Below, piece by piece: positions 59,205 to 64,000 of a stretch of DNA of 64,000 nucleotides; positions within the stretch are counted from its first letter, which is position 1, and every line of letters starts with the position of its first letter. The position numbers and the translations under genes are program-made. Below the pieces are notes generated by a model that was not told the origin of the DNA, did no database searches, and saw only the letters and a program-made list of their open reading frames with translations. Source of the stretch: the human T2T-CHM13v2.0 reference genome, Homo sapiens; assembly GCF_009914755.1 (NCBI RefSeq), contig NC_060942.1. The stretch is one strand, 5' to 3'.

Positions 59205-60189
59205 CTGTTCAAATTAAAGAGAAAGTTGTTGAATCAAATAAGCCTTTTTCCTAACATGAATTCTTAGTTTTTCTGGTACATAAATATCACACTTTAAAAA
59301 AATCCATTGGTTTTATGATCCTAAATTATAAGAGACACCTATAGAAGACAGTGTCCTCCATTCCATGATTCAAGAAAGCAGTAATATAGGAAAAATTAAA
59401 TATAAGCAAATTTCAAAGCAAAGTAAAACTGGGTATAAAAAGATGCATAAAAATTATAGTTTGCAAGCCTTTTTCTAAGGAAAGCATAGGGCACTTACAT
59501 TTTATGAACACAATTTCAATTCTTCATTCTTAAAAAAGGTAGCTATTCTTTGTTCTACCTTTCTTAATTTTTTATTGTTTCTTCCAAATAAATGATTTTA
59601 ACTTTCTTAAAACTTCTAAACAAAGAGGCAATTATCATTTTACAAGGCATTTCGTATTTTCCTCAAAAGTTATTCAAGAGAAAAACGTTCCCAAATAAGA
59701 TTGATGTGGTATAATATGCTTGCTGTAGAACCACTGCTGTTCAAGCCACACGTTTTGGTAAATTTCTGAATTCGAATCCAAAAATATAGTTTCAATGACA
59801 GCTATAGAATTTTTTAAAAATGCAGTCATAAAATTGTCAAGTAGTAAGTCCAAGTTCAATGTGACTAAAAAATGTATTTCAAATATTTCTATAAATAAGA
59901 TTTTATTGTAATAGCATATTTTACTTGAAAAAAGTAAACTGGCTAAAACTGGAAAGAAATAATACAAAATTTTGTATTGTAATGCAAATGCAATTTTTTG
60001 CATTTAATTTAATTTCATTATATGACACTTAAGTGTTGCATGTCTATAATTTCCAGATCCTTTTCATTTTTTTCAAAATTGCTAAGCTTCTCCAATAATT
60101 TTCCACTCTTCTGAAGGTAATAGATACTATAACCTTTTCTCTTTTATATTTTCAATCTATACTCGAACAAATTTGATTGAAAATGAGGG

Positions 60190-62732
60190 TGCTGTGTACT
60201 GAACTGTGTCTCCTCAAGACTCGTATGTTGAAGCCCTAATCCCCAACCTGTATTTGGAGACAGAGCTATTAGGTGATTACAGTTAAATGAGGTTATAAGG
60301 GTGGGACCCTACTGCACTAGGAATGGTGGCCTCAGGAAGGAGAGAAATCTTTCTCCATGTGCGTGCTCCAAGGAGAGGTCATATGAGCACACAGTGAGAA
60401 GGTGGCCCTCTGTAAATCAGGAAGAGTGCCCTACCAGAAACCAACCATGTTGACACTCTGATCTTGGACTTGCAGCCTCTATAACTGTAAGAAATAAATT
60501 TCTGTTTTTAAGCCACCCAGACAATGGTATTTTGTTATGGAAGCCTGAGCACACTAATACAGATTTTTGTACCAAGGAGTGGGGATGCTGCTGAAACAAA
60601 TGCCTAAACACATGAAAGTGACTTTGGCACTGGGTAATGGGTTACAGGCTAGAAGAGTTTTGAGGTGGATGCCAGAAACGTAGACATGGGTAATTCTCAT
60701 GAGATCTCAGACAAAAATGAGGAAAGTGTTATTTAAAAAAGGTTATTTGAGGAAAGGCAATCCTTGTTATAAAGTAGCAAGAAAACTGGTTAAGCTGTGG
60801 TCATGTTCTAGTGTTTTGTGAAAGGCAGAACTTGTGAGCAATGAAATTGGATATTTAGCTGAGAAGATTTCTAAGCAAAGTGTTGAAAAATTGGCTTGGT
60901 TCCTCCTGATTGCTTATAGCAAAATGCAAAGGGAGAGAGATGAATTAAAGAAGGAATTAAGAATGGGTAAGCAAAAAGAAACAAGAACAAGATTTGAAAA
61001 ATTCTCAGCCTATCTGTGCAAAAAAAATGAGAAAGCTTGTTCTAAAGAGAACATGGAGGGTGTGGCTGAATACCCATTTAAGAAAAAGATCACGGGTGCA
61101 ATTCATGGACTTAATCAGACATCTCAGCAGAAGCCAGGAATAGAGATGGGATTATATCAGCAAAGACATTGCCAGTTTGAACTAAAGAGGACAGAGAAAG
61201 ATGCAGAGAATGAAGGAAAGCTGTTGGACTTCCTGGATTCTGTAAGCAAATATGTGCTACAGTGGTCCCTCCCTTATCCATGGGGAATACATTCCAAGAC
61301 CCCCAGTAGATGCCTGAAACCACAGATAGTGCTGAGCCCTATAACTACTATGTTTTCTCCTACACATACATATCTATGGTAAAGTTTACAAATTAGGCAC
61401 AGTAAGAGATTAACAATAACTAAAAATAAACTAGAACAATTACAACAATATGTTATAATACAAAATACATAAATGTGGTCTCTCTCAAAATATCTTATTG
61501 TATTGCACTCAGCCTTCTTGTATTGATGTGAGATGATACAATGATTACATAAAGAGATGAGGTGAGGTGAATGATGTAGGCATTGTGAGGGAGGGTTTGG
61601 CTACTACTGATCTTCAGGGTGCTTTTGGAAAATGAAACCTCTGATAAGGGAGGACTACTGTATTCTTCAACGAAAAGAATGACCCAAAAAATGATTCAGA
61701 GATCCCCAGGCTGCTAATCCCACCACAGGACTCAAGGGTGGCTTTTCCTCCTTGGTTTCAAAGACCTCTGATTTCTGTGGGCCAGAATGATGACCCTGCC
61801 CAGTGCTTCAGGAACATGGCTGCCCTTGAAGACAGCTTTATGGGCGGGGCTCTTGAAGACAGCCAAAGGGGTGGGGTCATCCCACAGAGCCATCTAGACA
61901 GATGCTGTCACTCTGGTGGGCCTGTAAGGCACACCATCAAGCCAAAGAACATTATCCTTGAGCATTAACATCTAATGAAATTTGCTTTGCTAGGCTTTGG
62001 ACTTGCTTGGGACCCATCACTTCTTCCTTTTTTTCCTATTTCTCTCTTTTGGAATGGGAATGTCTATTCTACCATCATCTTTTGGAAGCATATAACTTGT
62101 ATGGGTTCACAGGTTCACACCTGCAGAAGAATTCTGTTTCAGGAGGGTTTATATCTGGAGACTTACCCAGATGTGGTTTAAATGACATTTAGATGAGATT
62201 TTGGACTTTAGACTTTACAGTTGATTTGGGAATAAGTTAAGACTTTTGAGGTTGTTGAGGGAGAATAAAAGCATTTTGCATGGAAGAAGAACATGAAGTT
62301 CAGGGGCTCAGGGATGGAAAACTATGAACTGAATTGCGTCCCTCCAAAACTCATATGTTGAAGTCTTTATGCTCAAGTGACTACATTTGAAGACAGGGTT
62401 TCTAGGAGATAATTAAGGTTTAAAGAGATCATAAGGGAGTGGTCCTATCTCAATAAGACTGGTAACATTATAATAAAAAAAAAAAGACAAATCTGTCTCT
62501 ATACCACCCCTCCCTCCCCTGCCCCACATGCATGGACCAAGGAAAGGCCACGTGAATACACAGCAAGAAGGCAGCCGTCTACAAGCCAGAAGAAGAGCCC
62601 TCACCAGAACTTGACTATGCCGGCACTCTGATCTTGGACTTTCAGCTTCCAAAACTTCTATGAGAAAAGAAGTGTCTGTTGTCTAAGCCACCCAGTCTGT
62701 GGTATTTTGTTATGGCAGCCTAAGCTAAAACA
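60190..62732 (+). mobile_element. MLT1A-type MaLR provirus: LTR (60190-60561), internal region, LTR (~62319-62732)
   Basis: Two related LTRs sharing tatgttgaag, ctctgatcttggactt and aagccacccag...tggtattttgttatgg; the internal region begins gatttttgtacc. Confidence 0.85.
61260..61660 (+). mobile_element. MER44/Tigger7-type DNA transposon nested in the MaLR internal region
   Basis: TA|cagtggtccctcccttatc ... gataagggaggactactg|TA: terminal inverted repeats with a TA target duplication. Confidence 0.87.
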
Positions 62733-62778
62733 GGGCTTAAATAAAACATAAGGTAGAGTCACTACAATAATCCCATAA

Positions 62779-63106
<328 letters not shown>

Positions 63107-63131
63107 CCCGTGTCATTTGTTTTTTAATCTA

Positions 63132-63275
<144 letters not shown>

Positions 63276-63730
63276 CTAGAGGGAAAAAAGGGAAACAGAA
63301 ATATTTGAGGTAAGTTTCTAAAAATAAAATGCAGGAAGGTTAAAACAAGAATTTTTAATGAAAACAAAGTGAAAATGTATTTTAGACTTGGTTTTAATCC
63401 ATTATTCAGCCAAAAAAGGCAAACAAAAAAATTTGTTTCTCTTTAAAAAGTTAAACATAACAATTTTTTGACAGAAGCTATTTTTCCCATAATGTAGACA
63501 AAATGTAGTTTTCCAGTGTATGCACATTTGAATCAATTTCAAATAAGATTCAGATTTGTTAATATACAACTTCTAAGAAATATTCTAGTCAAAAATCATT
63601 CACGTTACCTAAAAAGAAAAGTCAAAAGAGACATTTTCATGTGGCAAGTTTATATGCTTGAAATGTGTTGGACACAGCACATTCCCTTTCAAGCAAATGT
63701 TCAGAAGATAGACAGCTTTAACGCGCTCAC

Positions 63731-63859
63731 CAAGCTCCCAGCCTGGGCCATCATCTCATGGGATAAGTGAAGCAAGCAAAGAATTGTGCTCTTTGTAACA
63801 CCTTTTCCCATGAAGGACATAGCATTTCCTCCACGCTCCACATAAAAAGAAGTAATGAC
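63731..63859 (-). CDS. RTTN: RTTN exon (~ex29), 129 nt, [11 protein letters not shown]...MMAQAGSL
   Basis: Acceptor gtttttcAG, donor TTG|GTGAGC; phase 0/0; overlaps ORF 63701..63886. Confidence 0.93.
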
Positions 63860-64000
63860 CTGAAAAACAAATGTAAACAATTTCATGGTGGCTTTATTCT
63901 CAATGGTATATAAAGATAAATATATAACTGTCTACTGACTTGTATGAATTGAATCCTTACCTTATAAAGTTGTAATATTTTTAGTTTATATACTTAAAAA

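Noticed and set aside
63609-63730. Alternative downstream donor AG|GTAACG extending the 129-nt exon
   Set aside because: The extension has an in-frame stop (ORF ends at 63701), and the proximal GTGAGC donor gives the correct phase.

Overview
Primate (very probably human) genomic DNA, AT-rich and repeat-dense, lying entirely within the minus-strand RTTN (rotatin) gene. I traced 14 consecutive internal coding exons (63859 down to 1057). All are GT-AG with compatible phases and splice into one open frame of 1842 nt / 614 aa ([11 protein letters not shown]...GKAALKKK). From memory these are about exons 29-42; the numbering is not verifiable here. The introns hold old L1s (one near-full L1PA-type with ORF1 deleted and an MST LTR inside, followed directly by an L1M), about 12 Alus, a two-LTR MLT1A MaLR provirus with a nested MER44, MER58, MER5, MIR/L2 and microsatellites. 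Nearly all long ORFs in the supplied track are repeat-derived or overlap these exons. I see no novel protein-coding system. The most interesting items are: a perfect U12-type 5' splice site on one RTTN intron with a non-canonical 3' end, an L1 with a TSD-bounded 3' transduction, candidate poison exons, and a CTCF plus nuclear-receptor motif cluster next to a T24 acceptor tract. Repeat subfamily calls and boundaries are by eye and approximate.
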